Positions 30,093 to 41,574 are shown, numbered from the stretch's first letter. The stretch: DNA of 64,000 bases from Candidatus Omnitrophota bacterium (GCA_003598175.1 QZKN01000016.1:91523-155522), one strand, 5' to 3'. Translations and numbers: made by a program. The notes: a model not told the origin generated them from the letters alone.

Positions 30093-30201
30093 GAGGATTT
30101 CAATTATGAGGCGAGTGAAAGATCAATCCAAATAGAACGAATGGACTTGAGGTTCTGAAAGTCTGTCCATACCGATGCATCCACGTAAGCAAGCATGACT
30201 A

Positions 30202-30429
30202 CTAACCTCTTAGCTCATGAAGATCTCTTATGATTTCTTCGTGGCTTCGTCGTGGAAAATCCAATGTATCAGCTTCCTCGAAAATCTTTTCTATTGCTTC
30301 CCAATCCGTTTCTCTTTCAAATTCATCTTGCTCTTGTTCAAGTAACGAGAGAGCAATTATTTTTCCACGCCACTCCGGATCGCACACTTTTACCACACCA
30401 TTTTCATCCACTTCGGCTTGCACAATCAT
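30202..30429 (-). CDS. small acidic protein, possible orphan antitoxin
   Basis: MIVQAEVDENGVVKVCDPEW...EQEQDEFERETDWEAIEKIFEE. Short and acidic, with no partner toxin adjacent. Confidence 0.25.
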   Translation of the reverse strand: MIVQAEVDENGVVKVCDPEWRGKIIALSLLEQEQDEFERETDWEAIEKIFEEADTLDFPRRSHEEIIRDLHELRG

Positions 30430-30899
30430 TTGTGGTTCTCCTTTTTCGTTGTCACCGATCAAATGTGCACTCCTCTGCTGAAACATACATTTCAGTTTAT
30501 CGCAAGTGACAAATGCGTCAAATTTGAACCGACAATTCAATTGAAATCTAATTTGTTGAAAAATAATGTAACTGACTGTCGTATTTCAATTCCGAATCTC
30601 ACACAGATCACAGAGCATACGTGATTTAATTTGCGCCTTTCATCCTTGCATTTTGAAAGTCTCGCTTTTAATATGCAAGGATCATGATACCCAGAAGAGC
30701 ACAATCTATTATCGAATCCTCGCTTTCCCGCCAGGCGGCGGTCGCTGTGGTGGATCCGTTATATGCCATATGAGATCAATGCGCTTTCAGCGTAGGGCGC
30801 GGATAACGATAACAAGAGAAATTTTTCACCGTACGGAAAAGGAATTCAAAGAAGTAGAGATGGGATGGATTTATATTCACCATGATGATTTCGCAAATC

Positions 30900-31268
30900 T
30901 CACTTGCTCGACAGCAACGTTTCCACCGCCTGTAGTATTTCTCGGTGCGAATACGGTTTATAAATGATCCGATCGACTCCGATTCGTTGCGCCTCTTCGA
31001 TAATCACTTGCTGCGAGGATGCCGTTACCAGCGCGGCGGGAATATCCGGTTTTTGGGCTTTCAAACGGCGGATGGCCTCCAATCCGTTCAGGGTAGGCAG
31101 CAGATAATCCATCAGCACCAAATCGACGGGAATCGCATCGATTTTATCGAGAAACGTCTCTGCATTGGAAAACACATGCACGATATATTCGTGAAACTCA
31201 AGCAGGTCGCGCAGGTTTTCGCGCAGTTCCTCTTCGTCATCCACAATCACAATCGTTCGATCCGCCAT
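30900..31268 (-). CDS. response regulator receiver protein
   Basis: [14 protein letters not shown]...LVLMDYLLP...ALVTASS...IYKPYS receiver motifs. Confidence 0.85.
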   Translation of the reverse strand: MADRTIVIVDDEEELRENLRDLLEFHEYIVHVFSNAETFLDKIDAIPVDLVLMDYLLPTLNGLEAIRRLKAQKPDIPAALVTASSQQVIIEEAQRIGVDRIIYKPYSHREILQAVETLLSSK

Positions 31269-32373
31269 GATTTTCTCCCTTTTCTCTTACCGGCAACGTA
31301 ATGGTAAAGGTGCTCCCTTTCCCCTGCTCGCTATCCACGCGAATTCGGCCTCCATGCATCTCAACAAGTTCCTTGGCGATGGACAGACCCAAGCCCGATC
31401 CCTTGGCGAAATGTTGCGAGGCGACGGTGCGATAAAAACGATCCCAAATCCTGCCGCATTCTTCTTTCGTCATGCCGATCCCCGAATCTTTTATGGAAAG
31501 TGTGACCTGATGATCGGTTCCGGAAAGACGAATTTCGACGACGCCGCCGTCCGGCGTGTATTTGATCGCATTGTTCACCAATTCACCGACAATCCGTTCG
31601 ATTTTACTCGGATCCGCAAGTATCATCTTATTTGAATTCGTTTCCTGAAGCAATAACGTAATGTTCTTCTGATCGGCGGCGGGTTTCATTTCTTGCATTA
31701 CGCGCTCGACGATGGTGTGCAATAACACCGGATTCAATTCCAGAACCGTCCGGCCCGACTCGATGCGGTTGATATCCAATAACTCATTCACCAGATTGGT
31801 GAGGCGATCCACGGAACGGGTGGCGCGGTCGAGGATGCGCAATTGTCGATCGGTCAGCGGTCCGGCGACGCCGATGGCGAGATTGTCCAGACTCCCTTTG
31901 ATCGCGGCCAGCGGCGTCCGCAGGTCGTGCGAAGCCTGCGACACGAATGACGTTTTCATTTTGTCGAGTTCCCGCAATTTATCGTTGGCTTTTTTCAATT
32001 GTTCGTTGGTTTCTTTCAATTCCATTGTCCGCGTCTCGACGCGCTGTTCCAAATCGGCCGTCAAGGATTTCAGATCGCGAATGGTGTCCGGATAGCGTAA
32101 AATCGCCATCAGGATCACCCGGGTACATTCTATCAGCGTGAAAACCAGAAAAATCACGACGATAATCGGCGTTGAATAATACCAATTCAACAAAGCGACA
32201 AACAAACCCAACACAAAGAACATCCAAACCTGCTTCGGACATTCGGTATAGAAAATAGTGTAAAAAAAACAAAGAAATAAAAGCGAACCCAGCGAAGCCG
32301 CCGACAAAAAAGCTCCCTGAACCATACTCAACGCCGTCACCACGGCGACAGACAAAATCAGTTTCTTATTCAC
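31237..32373 (-). CDS. sensor histidine kinase
   Basis: H-box [15 protein letters not shown]1 and G2 boxes ([31 protein letters not shown]). N-terminal TM segments. Overlaps the receiver gene. Confidence 0.85.
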   Translation of the reverse strand: MNKKLILSVAVVTALSMVQGAFLSAASLGSLLFLCFFYTIFYTECPKQVWMFFVLGLFVALLNWYYSTPIIVVIFLVFTLIECTRVILMAILRYPDTIRDLKSLTADLEQRVETRTMELKETNEQLKKANDKLRELDKMKTSFVSQASHDLRTPLAAIKGSLDNLAIGVAGPLTDRQLRILDRATRSVDRLTNLVNELLDINRIESGRTVLELNPVLLHTIVERVMQEMKPAADQKNITLLLQETNSNKMILADPSKIERIVGELVNNAIKYTPDGGVVEIRLSGTDHQVTLSIKDSGIGMTKEECGRIWDRFYRTVASQHFAKGSGLGLSIAKELVEMHGGRIRVDSEQGKGSTFTITLPVREKGENHGGSNDCDCG

Positions 32374-32451
32374 GTCGACTCCGTTTCTCGAAACACCCCG
32401 TCTCTACCATACACAGCTGACTCTTCATTGTATCCATGAGTTCCCAGCCGG

Positions 32452-35400
32452 TTAAGAGGATAATGGGGAAAGCGGTAATGTCAGGTTGAACTGCGTTCCC
32501 TTCCCCACCTCACTTTCCACCTGAATGGTTCCTCCATGCATTTCAACAAGTTCCTTCGCAATCGACAATCCCAAACCACTGCCTTTCGCAAACGTTTTTG
32601 ACGCGTTCGTGCGGTAAAACCGCTCCCAAATCCTTTCACATTCCTCTTTCGTCATACCGATGCCGGAATCTTTGACGGATAGGATGATTATGTCATCTGT
32701 CTGACTGAGAGTAACATCGACATCCCCACCTTCTGGCGTGTATTTAATCGCATTGCTGATCAATTCACCCACAACACGCTCCAGTTTCCCCGCGTCGGCG
32801 TGAATAGTTACGTCAGTTATAATATTTGACATAAGTTGGATTCGCTTCTGCTCAGCCGCTGGTTTATTTTCATTGATAATATTCTCCACAAGCGTCTTTG
32901 ATGGTACGTTCGACTTCTCCAACACCATCCGCCCGGATTCGATGCGGGAGAGGTCGAGTACATCGTTCACCAAATCCGTCAGACGGTCCACGGATTTGAC
33001 GGCGCGAGTCATGATTTTTTCCTGTTTTTCGGTCAAGGCTCCGGCGATGCCTAAAATAAGGTTGTCGAGGCTGCCTTTGATCGCGGTGAGGGGAGTGCGG
33101 AGGTCGTGGGAGGCTTGGGAAACGAAAGCGGATTTCATTTGGTCGATTTGGATAAGCTGCGCGTTGGCGTGTTGCAGTTCGGCGTTGGATTGATTGAGTT
33201 GCTCATTGGTGCGGATCACTTGCAGGTGGCGTGTATAGGCAATCAGGGCAAAGGCCAGAATGATGATTAGACCGACAATTCCCAGAATGATCACGATAGG
33301 TTCCTTATACCAGGGATTGACAACCACGAAATCAAAGATTGCCGGTTCTGGAGATACGTTCATATGAACGTCCATTGCGCGAACCTGAAAACGATGCGCT
33401 CCGGCGGGCAGTTTTTTGTAAGAGGCGACTGTATCCTGTGAAAATTTCGTCCATTCTCCCTCATCAATTCGGTGGGAATACAACAACCGGTCGGCGTCCA
33501 CGTATTTCCATTTGTCGATGCCGTCATACACAAAACGCGCTTCGCCGCCGGGGGAGATTTCCGCCACATTCTCTTCCGGATGAAGGATGGCTATCGGCGG
33601 ATCGCGGTCCGCATTGGGATCGTAATAGGTGATTTGCCCCGACATCGTGCCGGCCCAAATCACGCCCTGGCTGTCTTCGAACACTTCCATGACCGCGGAA
33701 GAAGGCAAGCCATCGTCTTCCGTATACTTGATCCAAGCTCCATCGCGATATCGAATCAGGCCGTCCCACGACGCGAGCCAGACGCTGCCGTCTTGTTTGC
33801 TCCGGATCATCGAGGAGATCGATTCTAATCCTTTGCGAATCACTTTGAAATCATTCCCATCGTATTCCACCAGATCTTTGCGGCTCGAAAACCACAGATT
33901 CCCATTTTCCAATTGCAGGATATACATCACAGAATCCGATGGATAGCGATCGCCAAAGGTTTGATACTTTCCATCGCGATAAAGGCCCAGACGCTCTTCG
34001 CTCATGCTGCCAATCCACACATTCTGATCCCGATCCTGGTAAATATGCCTTATATCACCCAGGTTGAGATAACTCACGGACTCCAGGAACGGCTGAAACA
34101 CAATCCCATCCAAACGAAATAAAGAAAAATTATAGAAATAGCCAAATACCGCCAATGCAAATAGATCGCCGTTATCCTGCGCATGGATACTGGTGAATAA
34201 TTTGGTTGATCCATTTTGTTCTGATGATAGTAGTTCGAATTGTTCCAAAATAGGATCGAAGAGCATAAATTCGCCGGGAGTTCCCATGATCAATTTCCCA
34301 TTCGGCAATTCTCCCAGGTTTTGCGTAACATACAGGAATCCCCCTCTATCAATTTTGTTTTTGTAAATCTTCCATGAATGATGATCATTTACTATCAAGT
34401 TCTCAGAATTCTTGTACCAAATCCTGCCATGAGAATCTTCAAAAATACAGGAAAGACCGATTCCATCGATGGCTACGGAACTCGGCACGTTAAAGGCATG
34501 AGGCGAATAGTGGCGGAGACCATAAAGGGATGACGCCCAAAGTCCATCTTTCCCATCGGCCCGAAAACAATTGATCATGCAATCTTGTTCAACAATGGTT
34601 TCCACTCCTTCCCGGCAATGGGTTAATTGCTGGTTGTCAATAAACCAATAGTTGGTTTCATTTACTCCACACCCCCCATCAATATTTTCCCCAATTTGCA
34701 ATATCTTCCATTGGTCTCCGGTGAAATAAACAAGCGCATCCGACACATTCCGGATCGTGGCCACGCCAAAAAGAGTTTCATTGGCTCCTAGACCTGGTTG
34801 CCAAAGAGATTGCAGTCCGTTTTCTTTCGCAAAAGGATATTCCATGATCAGCGGGGGTTGAGTAAAATCATTTTCCGGAAAACGCAATTTCACTACACCA
34901 TGCTCTCCTGTGATCCAATTCGTTCCACTGGGCGACTGATCGATATGATAAAAGGGAGCAATGATGGATTGATCTCCTTGTAGGATGACCGTTGTCTCGT
35001 TTTTTTCGGTATCCAATAGACGCACGGCGTCGGTTGAAACCAAAACGACGCTATTTCCGGAAAGAGGAGCGAAAGTACGTTCTTGCGCAGCTACATTGAA
35101 TCCTTCAATTGCATAAGGCGTCCATTTTTTTGTCTTGAAATCATATTGCTTGATCCCCGCGGCGTAAGGCATATATACTTCATATCCTGGTAACGCAAAA
35201 TAGGACCAGATTTGATTGTCACGCATTACGGTAAATTCAAATCCGTTGTCATTTTCCCGCGGGATCGATTGGACATCGTATCCGGTCACATAACTCAAGG
35301 CGTGAATGGGGCCGTGATTGGTCAACACATGTCCTTCCCGGTTGATCGAAAGGTGTCGGCAATTTGATTCCCCCATCCCATCCGCGGTTTTCCACACGCG

Positions 35401-35487
35401 TACGTTATATGGCGTTCTGGCAAACGCGCTATATCCACATGAAAACAGTAGAACGAATGTTATAAAGTTCAATAGAGTTCGTTGCAT
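32452..35487 (-). CDS. large sensor histidine kinase with periplasmic beta-propeller / Y_Y_Y sensor region
   Basis: 1011 aa. Signal peptide, about 700-aa periplasmic region, TM, then HisKA ([13 protein letters not shown]) and HATPase_c domains closely paralogous to the 31237-32373 kinase. Confidence 0.85.
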   Translation of the reverse strand: MQRTLLNFITFVLLFSCGYSAFARTPYNVRVWKTADGMGESNCRHLSINREGHVLTNHGPIHALSYVTGYDVQSIPRENDNGFEFTVMRDNQIWSYFALPGYEVYMPYAAGIKQYDFKTKKWTPYAIEGFNVAAQERTFAPLSGNSVVLVSTDAVRLLDTEKNETTVILQGDQSIIAPFYHIDQSPSGTNWITGEHGVVKLRFPENDFTQPPLIMEYPFAKENGLQSLWQPGLGANETLFGVATIRNVSDALVYFTGDQWKILQIGENIDGGCGVNETNYWFIDNQQLTHCREGVETIVEQDCMINCFRADGKDGLWASSLYGLRHYSPHAFNVPSSVAIDGIGLSCIFEDSHGRIWYKNSENLIVNDHHSWKIYKNKIDRGGFLYVTQNLGELPNGKLIMGTPGEFMLFDPILEQFELLSSEQNGSTKLFTSIHAQDNGDLFALAVFGYFYNFSLFRLDGIVFQPFLESVSYLNLGDIRHIYQDRDQNVWIGSMSEERLGLYRDGKYQTFGDRYPSDSVMYILQLENGNLWFSSRKDLVEYDGNDFKVIRKGLESISSMIRSKQDGSVWLASWDGLIRYRDGAWIKYTEDDGLPSSAVMEVFEDSQGVIWAGTMSGQITYYDPNADRDPPIAILHPEENVAEISPGGEARFVYDGIDKWKYVDADRLLYSHRIDEGEWTKFSQDTVASYKKLPAGAHRFQVRAMDVHMNVSPEPAIFDFVVVNPWYKEPIVIILGIVGLIIILAFALIAYTRHLQVIRTNEQLNQSNAELQHANAQLIQIDQMKSAFVSQASHDLRTPLTAIKGSLDNLILGIAGALTEKQEKIMTRAVKSVDRLTDLVNDVLDLSRIESGRMVLEKSNVPSKTLVENIINENKPAAEQKRIQLMSNIITDVTIHADAGKLERVVGELISNAIKYTPEGGDVDVTLSQTDDIIILSVKDSGIGMTKEECERIWERFYRTNASKTFAKGSGLGLSIAKELVEMHGGTIQVESEVGKGTQFNLTLPLSPLSS

Positions 35488-35706
35488 GATCCTCTCTCAA
35501 ATCAGCTGGATAGGATGGGGCGCACTTTTTTGATCCATCAAAGATAATTCCAAAGCGCCAGGTCAAACGGTATGATCCATCCTGCAAAACTTCTTTTTGC
35601 ATTTTCGTTCCTTGATAAGATACAGGAAGAATTTTTGCTGTTTAAGGCAGGCAGTGCTGAAAGGATAAGCCTATTTTCAGGATTCTCAAAAAAAAGGAGT
35701 ATAATC

Positions 35707-36033
35707 ATGGATCAAAAGGCATCCAACATGGAAGAAAGCAGTGGTAATGTTTTCGCAGACCTTGGCCTTCCCAACGCGGAACAGGAATTGTTGAAAGCGC
35801 GCCTGATCCTGCAGATTTATGAAATCATCAAACAACGTGGGCTTACGCAGTCGGAAGCCGGCAGAATTCTTGGCATCAAGCAACCTCATGTTTCCGCTCT
35901 GATGCGCAACCGTTCCGGCAATTTCTCTCTGGGCCGGTTGATGACGTTTCTTACGGCTCTCGATCAGGATGTGGAAATCACCGTTCGCCCCAAGCGTAGC
36001 GAACACGCCGAAGTGTCTGTTATAATGCAGTAG
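35707..36033 (+). CDS. XRE-family HTH protein (HigA-like antitoxin, orphan)
   Basis: ...RGLTQSEAGRILGIKQPHVSALMRN... helix-turn-helix. AAGGAG before the ATG at 35707. Confidence 0.6.
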   Translation: MDQKASNMEESSGNVFADLGLPNAEQELLKARLILQIYEIIKQRGLTQSEAGRILGIKQPHVSALMRNRSGNFSLGRLMTFLTALDQDVEITVRPKRSEHAEVSVIMQ

Positions 36034-36153
36034 TAATAGAGACGCCGACGAACTGCCCACGGCAACAGATTCGACGTCCCATTTCACATCAGACGGAAGA
36101 GGAAATTTTCTGTTGGATACCCGGACGGTTTCATGGCGGCCAATCGATCATCT

Positions 36154-36441
36154 TCATGCAAAATCTATTACAAGACGTTTATGAAGCGCATCAGCGATTT
36201 TTCTCAACATTGCCAAGGAATGCCCTTCATAATCGGCATCTTCGAGACGGGCAATAGCGGATTGACTTGAACCGATTAACTCAGCAAGTTGAGTTTGGGT
36301 AAGACCGGCAGATATCCGAGTATCGTAAATCAATTGAGCAATATGCCTATTGATTGTTTCTTCTTCGATCAGGTCGCGAAGTTCCTGATCATCACCAATC
36401 ATATTCTCGATGATTTTCATGGCGTCAGTACTTTTCCGCAT
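36154..36441 (-). CDS. XRE-family HTH antitoxin (HigA-like)
   Basis: ...ISAGLTQTQLAELIGSSQSAIARLE... HTH. Overlaps the upstream toxin gene. Confidence 0.7.
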   Translation of the reverse strand: MRKSTDAMKIIENMIGDDQELRDLIEEETINRHIAQLIYDTRISAGLTQTQLAELIGSSQSAIARLEDADYEGHSLAMLRKIADALHKRLVIDFA

Positions 36442-36823
36442 TTTTTATCTCCATTTCGGTTTTATATTTATTAGGATTAGCCTCATATTGTTTTTTTCTT
36501 AATAGGGCGCGATCGATTTCCCGATCCGGCACTTTTCCTTCTTTTGCGATTGCATTCGCTAAAACCACTACATCCGTTCCGTGAAAGAAATAGAGAATTC
36601 TGTAATGCACATGTCCTTTTCGTATTCGCAACTCATAGATTCCGTCTCGAAGATAATCGGCCTGAGGTCTCCGGAGTTCAAATCCGAAAGAAGCAAGAAA
36701 ATGGATTGCCGCGATGCATTTTGCATAGGCTTTTTTATCGTGCGTCAATAAATTTCCAAGCCATTCAAAAACCGGTGCGTTCTTATTCTCATCCTGATAA
36801 AAGTAGACAACCATTGTCGGCAT
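36425..36823 (-). CDS. RelE/HigB-like toxin (phage Gp49-like family)
   Basis: ...DGIYELRIRKGHVHYRILYFFHGTDVVVLANAIAKEGK... matches the RelE-fold killer proteins that precede XRE antitoxins. Confidence 0.7.
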   Translation of the reverse strand: MPTMVVYFYQDENKNAPVFEWLGNLLTHDKKAYAKCIAAIHFLASFGFELRRPQADYLRDGIYELRIRKGHVHYRILYFFHGTDVVVLANAIAKEGKVPDREIDRALLRKKQYEANPNKYKTEMEIKNAEKY

Positions 36824-36841
36824 TATTTCTCTCGGATTATA

Positions 36842-37210
36842 TCAATATTGGGATATTCCATCAACCAATTTTCTTTCATGGGGAATCGACAATCGAAAAG
36901 TTGTTCCATTCTCTACTTCACTTTCCACTTCAATTAATACTCCATGCATCTCCACCAGTTCTTTCGCAATCGACAATCCCAATCCGCTCCCTTTTGCAAA
37001 GGTCTTGGAAGCATTTGTCCGATAAAATCGCTCCCAGATTTTCTCGCATTCTTCTTTTGTCATGCCGATGCCGGAATCTTAAACGGAAAGAGCGATTTGA
37101 TCATTGTTTTGAGTGAGAGTGACATTGACAGTTTCATTTTCCGGCATGTATTTAATCGCATTGCTGATCAGTTCACCGACCACACGCTCCAATTTCCTGC
37201 ATCAGCGTTA
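36842..37210 (-). pseudogene. histidine-kinase HATPase_c domain fragment with internal stop
   Basis: Minus-strand translation ...[83 protein letters not shown].... No HisKA or sensor upstream. About 80 % nucleotide identity to 32470-32790. Confidence 0.65.
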
Positions 37211-37392
37211 AGAATTGCGAATCGTAGCCTGCCATTCCATGCGATCCATGCTTCCATCAAAAGCGGACACGACGCGCCCTTGCCGCTTATAAATAGGAGA
37301 TTCCCCTTGATGCGTTTCCGAAACGGCATAACAGTATCACCACAAACGATTCACTCCATTATGCTGAACTACGATGAAAGATCAATTGAAAC

Positions 37393-40300
37393 ATGATATC
37401 CCAAAGGAGATTATTCATGCATCGATTTATCCTCTTGACTTTGCTTTTTGCCCAGCCGGTTGGGGCGGAGTTACAGGAAACCTTTCCCTTGCGGGAAAAC
37501 GGAACGATTCCCGCCTGGCTGATCGCCGGCCCGCTCCCATACCATCCGACCACCATCCCCGATGGAAAACGCGGCGGCATTCAAACGGATTATCTGGAAA
37601 CATACGGCGGCGAAACGCAAACGGTTCCTTGCGAAGGCGACCGGATCGAATTGGAAACCGGTCGCGCAGTCCAATGGCAAACAACCGTCAGCGACACGAA
37701 CGGCGTGATCGATTTTCTGGAAAATTTCAACGCCGACATGACGCGAGAAGGCGTGGCTTACGCGTTTTGTGAACTCGAATCCGAAAAATCCAAAGACGTT
37801 TTGTTGAAGATCCGCAGCAACGACGGCGTCCGTGTGTGGTGCAACGATCGCCTGGTCCACGAAAACCTCGTTTCCCGTACGCTCGAGCAGGGCGAAGATC
37901 ACGTTCGCGTCTCGCTGAAAGCGGGTGCGAACCGCCTGCTCTGCAAAGTGGATCAGGAAGGCGGCGGCTGGGGACTTTGTGTGACTTTGCACGAATCAAA
38001 TGGGGATTTCGCGAAAGAAATAACATCGCGCATCCATCAGATCGAACCATTGAAGGGCAAAATCAAATCGGCGTCATTCCTGACCTCGCCGCTGATCATA
38101 AACACGGAGGCGGGAGAACGTCAAAGTATGATTGCAAATGTGGTTTCCGGCGGTGTTGAGAATGTTATATGCAAAATTACGTGCGAAGCATGGTCTGCCG
38201 CGCAGGAATTTCACCTTGGCGACGCGCCGATGGGCAAACACACTTTTGAATTCGCGGTTCCACCGATCAGCGGTCCGATTCGCGTCGCGCTCGAATCGTC
38301 CTCGGATCAAAAAGAATTCAACCACATTTCAATTCCACCCGCGCGAAAATGGACGGTTTATCTCGTGCAGCACGTCCACACCGACATCGGCTACACGCGA
38401 CCGCAAACCGAAATACTGCCCGAGCACCTGCGCTATATCGACTACGCGCTGGATTTCTGTGATTTGACGGATTCGTATCCTGACGACGCAAAATTTCGCT
38501 GGACATGCGAGGTTTCATGGGCGGTGCGGGAGTATTTGAAACGACGTCCGGCGGATCAGATCGCGCGATTGAAGCGACGGGTGGAAGAAGGGCGCATCGA
38601 ATTGGCGGGAATGTTTTTAAATATGGCAGAAATTGCCACCGAAAGCTCGCTGGCCGCTTCCTTGCAGCCGATTCGCACATTCAAGGAGGAATTTGCTCTT
38701 CCTGTCCGTTCCGCACTGCAGAACGACGTCAACGGCGCGGCGTGGTGCCTGGTCGATTATTTCAGCGATATCGGCGTGAACTATTTGAGCATGGGCATCA
38801 ACAAAACCCGTTCGCTGCTGCCGTTTGATAAGCCCACCGCGTTTTGGTGGGAATCGCCTTCGGGCAAACGCATCATCGCTTTCCGGCCCGACCATTACCA
38901 CACCGGCAATTTCTGGAGAATTCACGAAGGCAAAATCGAACCGTTCAAAACCGGTTTGATGAATTACCTGCGCGGTTTGGAAGAACGGGAATACCCCTTC
39001 GACCGTATTTCCGTCCAGTTTTCCGGCTATCACACCGACAATTCTCCGCCGGCGATGATCGAATGCGATCTGGTCAGAGAATGGAACGAAACCTATGCAT
39101 GGCCGAAGCTGCGTATCGCGACCGCGCGTGAATTTATGGATTACGTCGCCGAGCATCACGCCGATGAGTTGGACGTGCGCCGCGAGGCGTGGCCGGATTG
39201 GTGGACGGACGGCTTTGGTTCGGCCGCGCGGGAAACCGCCGCTTCGCGCGATATGCACGTCGCCATGCAAATCAATCAAACCTTACTGGCCATGGCGGCG
39301 GCATTGGGCGCACAGCTGCCGTCCGACGTGATGCAGCGGGTGGACGAGGCGCAAGAATTACTACTTTTCTACGATGAGCACACCTACGGCGCGGCGGAAA
39401 GCATCAGCGATCCCATGGCCGAAAACAGCATGGTGCAGTGGGGAGAAAAATCCTCGTACGTGTGGGAAGCGGTGAAAAAAGCGGGCATGCTGCGGGAGGA
39501 AGCGTTCGGCATGATACAGGGATTTCTGCCCAAAGCCGATACGCCCACGATCACGACGCTGAATACGTTGAATTGGGAGCGTTCCGGCCTGATCGAACTG
39601 TTTATCGATGACGAAATCCTGCCGCGTGATCGTGATTTCCGCATTGTTGACGCCAAGTCGGGCGAATCGATTCCGGCGCAATACCTACGCGGCCGTTCGG
39701 AAGGAAGCTATTGGGCAATCTGGGCAAAGAACGTGCCGCCGATCGGTTACAAAACGTATCGGATCGAAGTGCAGGATGGTCAACGAGAATCGTCAAACCA
39801 AAGCAATGCGGCGAACGGGATGGAAAATGACTTTTATTCCCTGACATTCCAACCGGAAACCGGCGCGGTGATCAGTCTGTTCGATAAAACAGACAACCGA
39901 CAACTCGTCGAATCGCAAAGCGAATGGGGTTTGGGACAGTTCCTGTATGAAACCTTATCCGACGGACGGGAATTTCAACGTCACAAGTTCAAACGCACAA
40001 CTTTGCGAAATGTAAAAATCAAAGACGGCCCCGGCGGCCCCATCTGGAAAAGCAAAATCATTACCGGCGACGCGGACGGATGCTTCAATCCCGGCGGCCT
40101 GCATTGCGAGATTCGCCTGTTCGAAACGGAAAAGCGGATCGATTTTCTCTACGGCATCCGCAAACAACCGGTCACGGATGCGGAAGCGGTGTACATTGCG
40201 TTTCCATTCCATCAGCCGGGCGCCAAACTGGTTTACGAAGCGCAGGGCGGAATGGTAACGCCCGGTGAAAATCAGATACCACGTTCGTCATCCGACTGGC

Positions 40301-40905
40301 AAACCATTCAAAATTTCGCGGCGGTGCGCAGTCCGGACGGGCAAACGATTTTTGTCAGCGACCAAACGCCGCTGGCGCAATTCGGCGATATCAATCTCGG
40401 CAAATGGCAGGAATCCGCGCAAATCGAACACCCCTTCATCTTTTCCTGGGTGATGAACAATTATTGGTTCACCAATTTCCGCGCCAGCCAGGAAGGGGAA
40501 TTCAAATGGCGCTACTCCATCACCTCGACACAAGACACGAGCAATGGAGCAGCGACCCAATTCGGCTGGGGAACGCGCATCCCTCTGGTCTCCCGTGTAT
40601 TTCCACCGGCGGTTGCGCAAAAAGAACAACACCCCTTATCCTTGTCGATTTTGAATCCGGACGCGCCGAATTTGTTGTTGATCGAAGCGAGACCGGCGCG
40701 TTACGGCGAAGGAATTATCTTACAGTTGCGGGAAGTGGAAGGAAAACAAGCAACGTTGAATGTCCGCGAACTTTCCCGAAACGACAAAACGCAACCGGTG
40801 GATGAAGTGAATGTGTTGGAGGAGCCATTGAAAGAAAACCTGGCAAGTATGGTTTTTTCTCCATACGAAGTGAAATTCCTACACGTCGGCATTGATTTGA
40901 ATTAA
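37393..40905 (+). CDS. secreted glycoside hydrolase, family 38-like (alpha-mannosidase-like), 1170 aa
   Basis: Signal peptide. ...VYLVQHVHTDIGYTRPQ... resembles the GH38 N-terminal metal-binding motif. Large multidomain. Confidence 0.5.
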   Translation: MISQRRLFMHRFILLTLLFAQPVGAELQETFPLRENGTIPAWLIAGPLPYHPTTIPDGKRGGIQTDYLETYGGETQTVPCEGDRIELETGRAVQWQTTVSDTNGVIDFLENFNADMTREGVAYAFCELESEKSKDVLLKIRSNDGVRVWCNDRLVHENLVSRTLEQGEDHVRVSLKAGANRLLCKVDQEGGGWGLCVTLHESNGDFAKEITSRIHQIEPLKGKIKSASFLTSPLIINTEAGERQSMIANVVSGGVENVICKITCEAWSAAQEFHLGDAPMGKHTFEFAVPPISGPIRVALESSSDQKEFNHISIPPARKWTVYLVQHVHTDIGYTRPQTEILPEHLRYIDYALDFCDLTDSYPDDAKFRWTCEVSWAVREYLKRRPADQIARLKRRVEEGRIELAGMFLNMAEIATESSLAASLQPIRTFKEEFALPVRSALQNDVNGAAWCLVDYFSDIGVNYLSMGINKTRSLLPFDKPTAFWWESPSGKRIIAFRPDHYHTGNFWRIHEGKIEPFKTGLMNYLRGLEEREYPFDRISVQFSGYHTDNSPPAMIECDLVREWNETYAWPKLRIATAREFMDYVAEHHADELDVRREAWPDWWTDGFGSAARETAASRDMHVAMQINQTLLAMAAALGAQLPSDVMQRVDEAQELLLFYDEHTYGAAESISDPMAENSMVQWGEKSSYVWEAVKKAGMLREEAFGMIQGFLPKADTPTITTLNTLNWERSGLIELFIDDEILPRDRDFRIVDAKSGESIPAQYLRGRSEGSYWAIWAKNVPPIGYKTYRIEVQDGQRESSNQSNAANGMENDFYSLTFQPETGAVISLFDKTDNRQLVESQSEWGLGQFLYETLSDGREFQRHKFKRTTLRNVKIKDGPGGPIWKSKIITGDADGCFNPGGLHCEIRLFETEKRIDFLYGIRKQPVTDAEAVYIAFPFHQPGAKLVYEAQGGMVTPGENQIPRSSSDWQTIQNFAAVRSPDGQTIFVSDQTPLAQFGDINLGKWQESAQIEHPFIFSWVMNNYWFTNFRASQEGEFKWRYSITSTQDTSNGAATQFGWGTRIPLVSRVFPPAVAQKEQHPLSLSILNPDAPNLLLIEARPARYGEGIILQLREVEGKQATLNVRELSRNDKTQPVDEVNVLEEPLKENLASMVFSPYEVKFLHVGIDLN

Positions 40906-41041
40906 GAGGAAAAAACGATCCATGTCCATGCGTACGTAAAGAAAAGCCGTTTTTTTTAATACCATGTAGGATGGTTCTATATTTATTTTCCTTCGTATAT
41001 AATTACAAAGCGATGGATCAAACGACACGACTCATCCAAAA

Positions 41042-41345
41042 CTATAGTAATCTTTTTAGCGGTATTTGCATGGAAAAAGTCGCTCCTTTAACCTTTTCAC
41101 TCTCAACCCGAATCGTCCCCCCATGCATCTCCACCAACTCTTTCTCAATCGACAATCCCAATCCGCTCCCTTTCGCGAATGCTTTCGAAGCTTTCGTACG
41201 GTAAAACCGTTCCCAATTCTTCTGGCATTCTTCCTGCGTCATGCCGATGCCGGAATCTTTGACGGATAGAGTGATATGATCCTCGGTTTGCGAAAGAGTT
41301 AATCGACATTCCCACTTTCCGGCCTATATTTGACTGCATTGCTGA
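41042..41345 (-). pseudogene. histidine-kinase HATPase_c domain fragment with frameshift and stop
   Basis: ...LLERVVGELISNAVKYRPESGNVD* then frame change, then ...[56 protein letters not shown].... Same 5' truncation point as the 36842-37210 copy. Confidence 0.65.
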
Positions 41346-41574
41346 TCAGCTCACCGACAACACGCTCCAGTAGAACGATTCCAAAATAACATATCGATGA
41401 GTATAAATGATAGAAATTGATTCTAATCCATATTTCCATTTGAAAATTACCGGACTATCATTCACTTCATCAAGATATTTCATTATTCGTTGCTTTAATT
41501 CTTCTTTCGAAGATACACGAATCCCTCACACCATCGTTTTGGTCATTTTCATAAAAAACATCTCAATCATATTT

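Noticed and set aside
37471-40632. Multiple 60-220-aa ORFs on both strands inside the GH38-like gene
   Set aside because: All nested in or antisense to a 1170-aa continuous frame with signal peptide. Arg-rich shadow translations.
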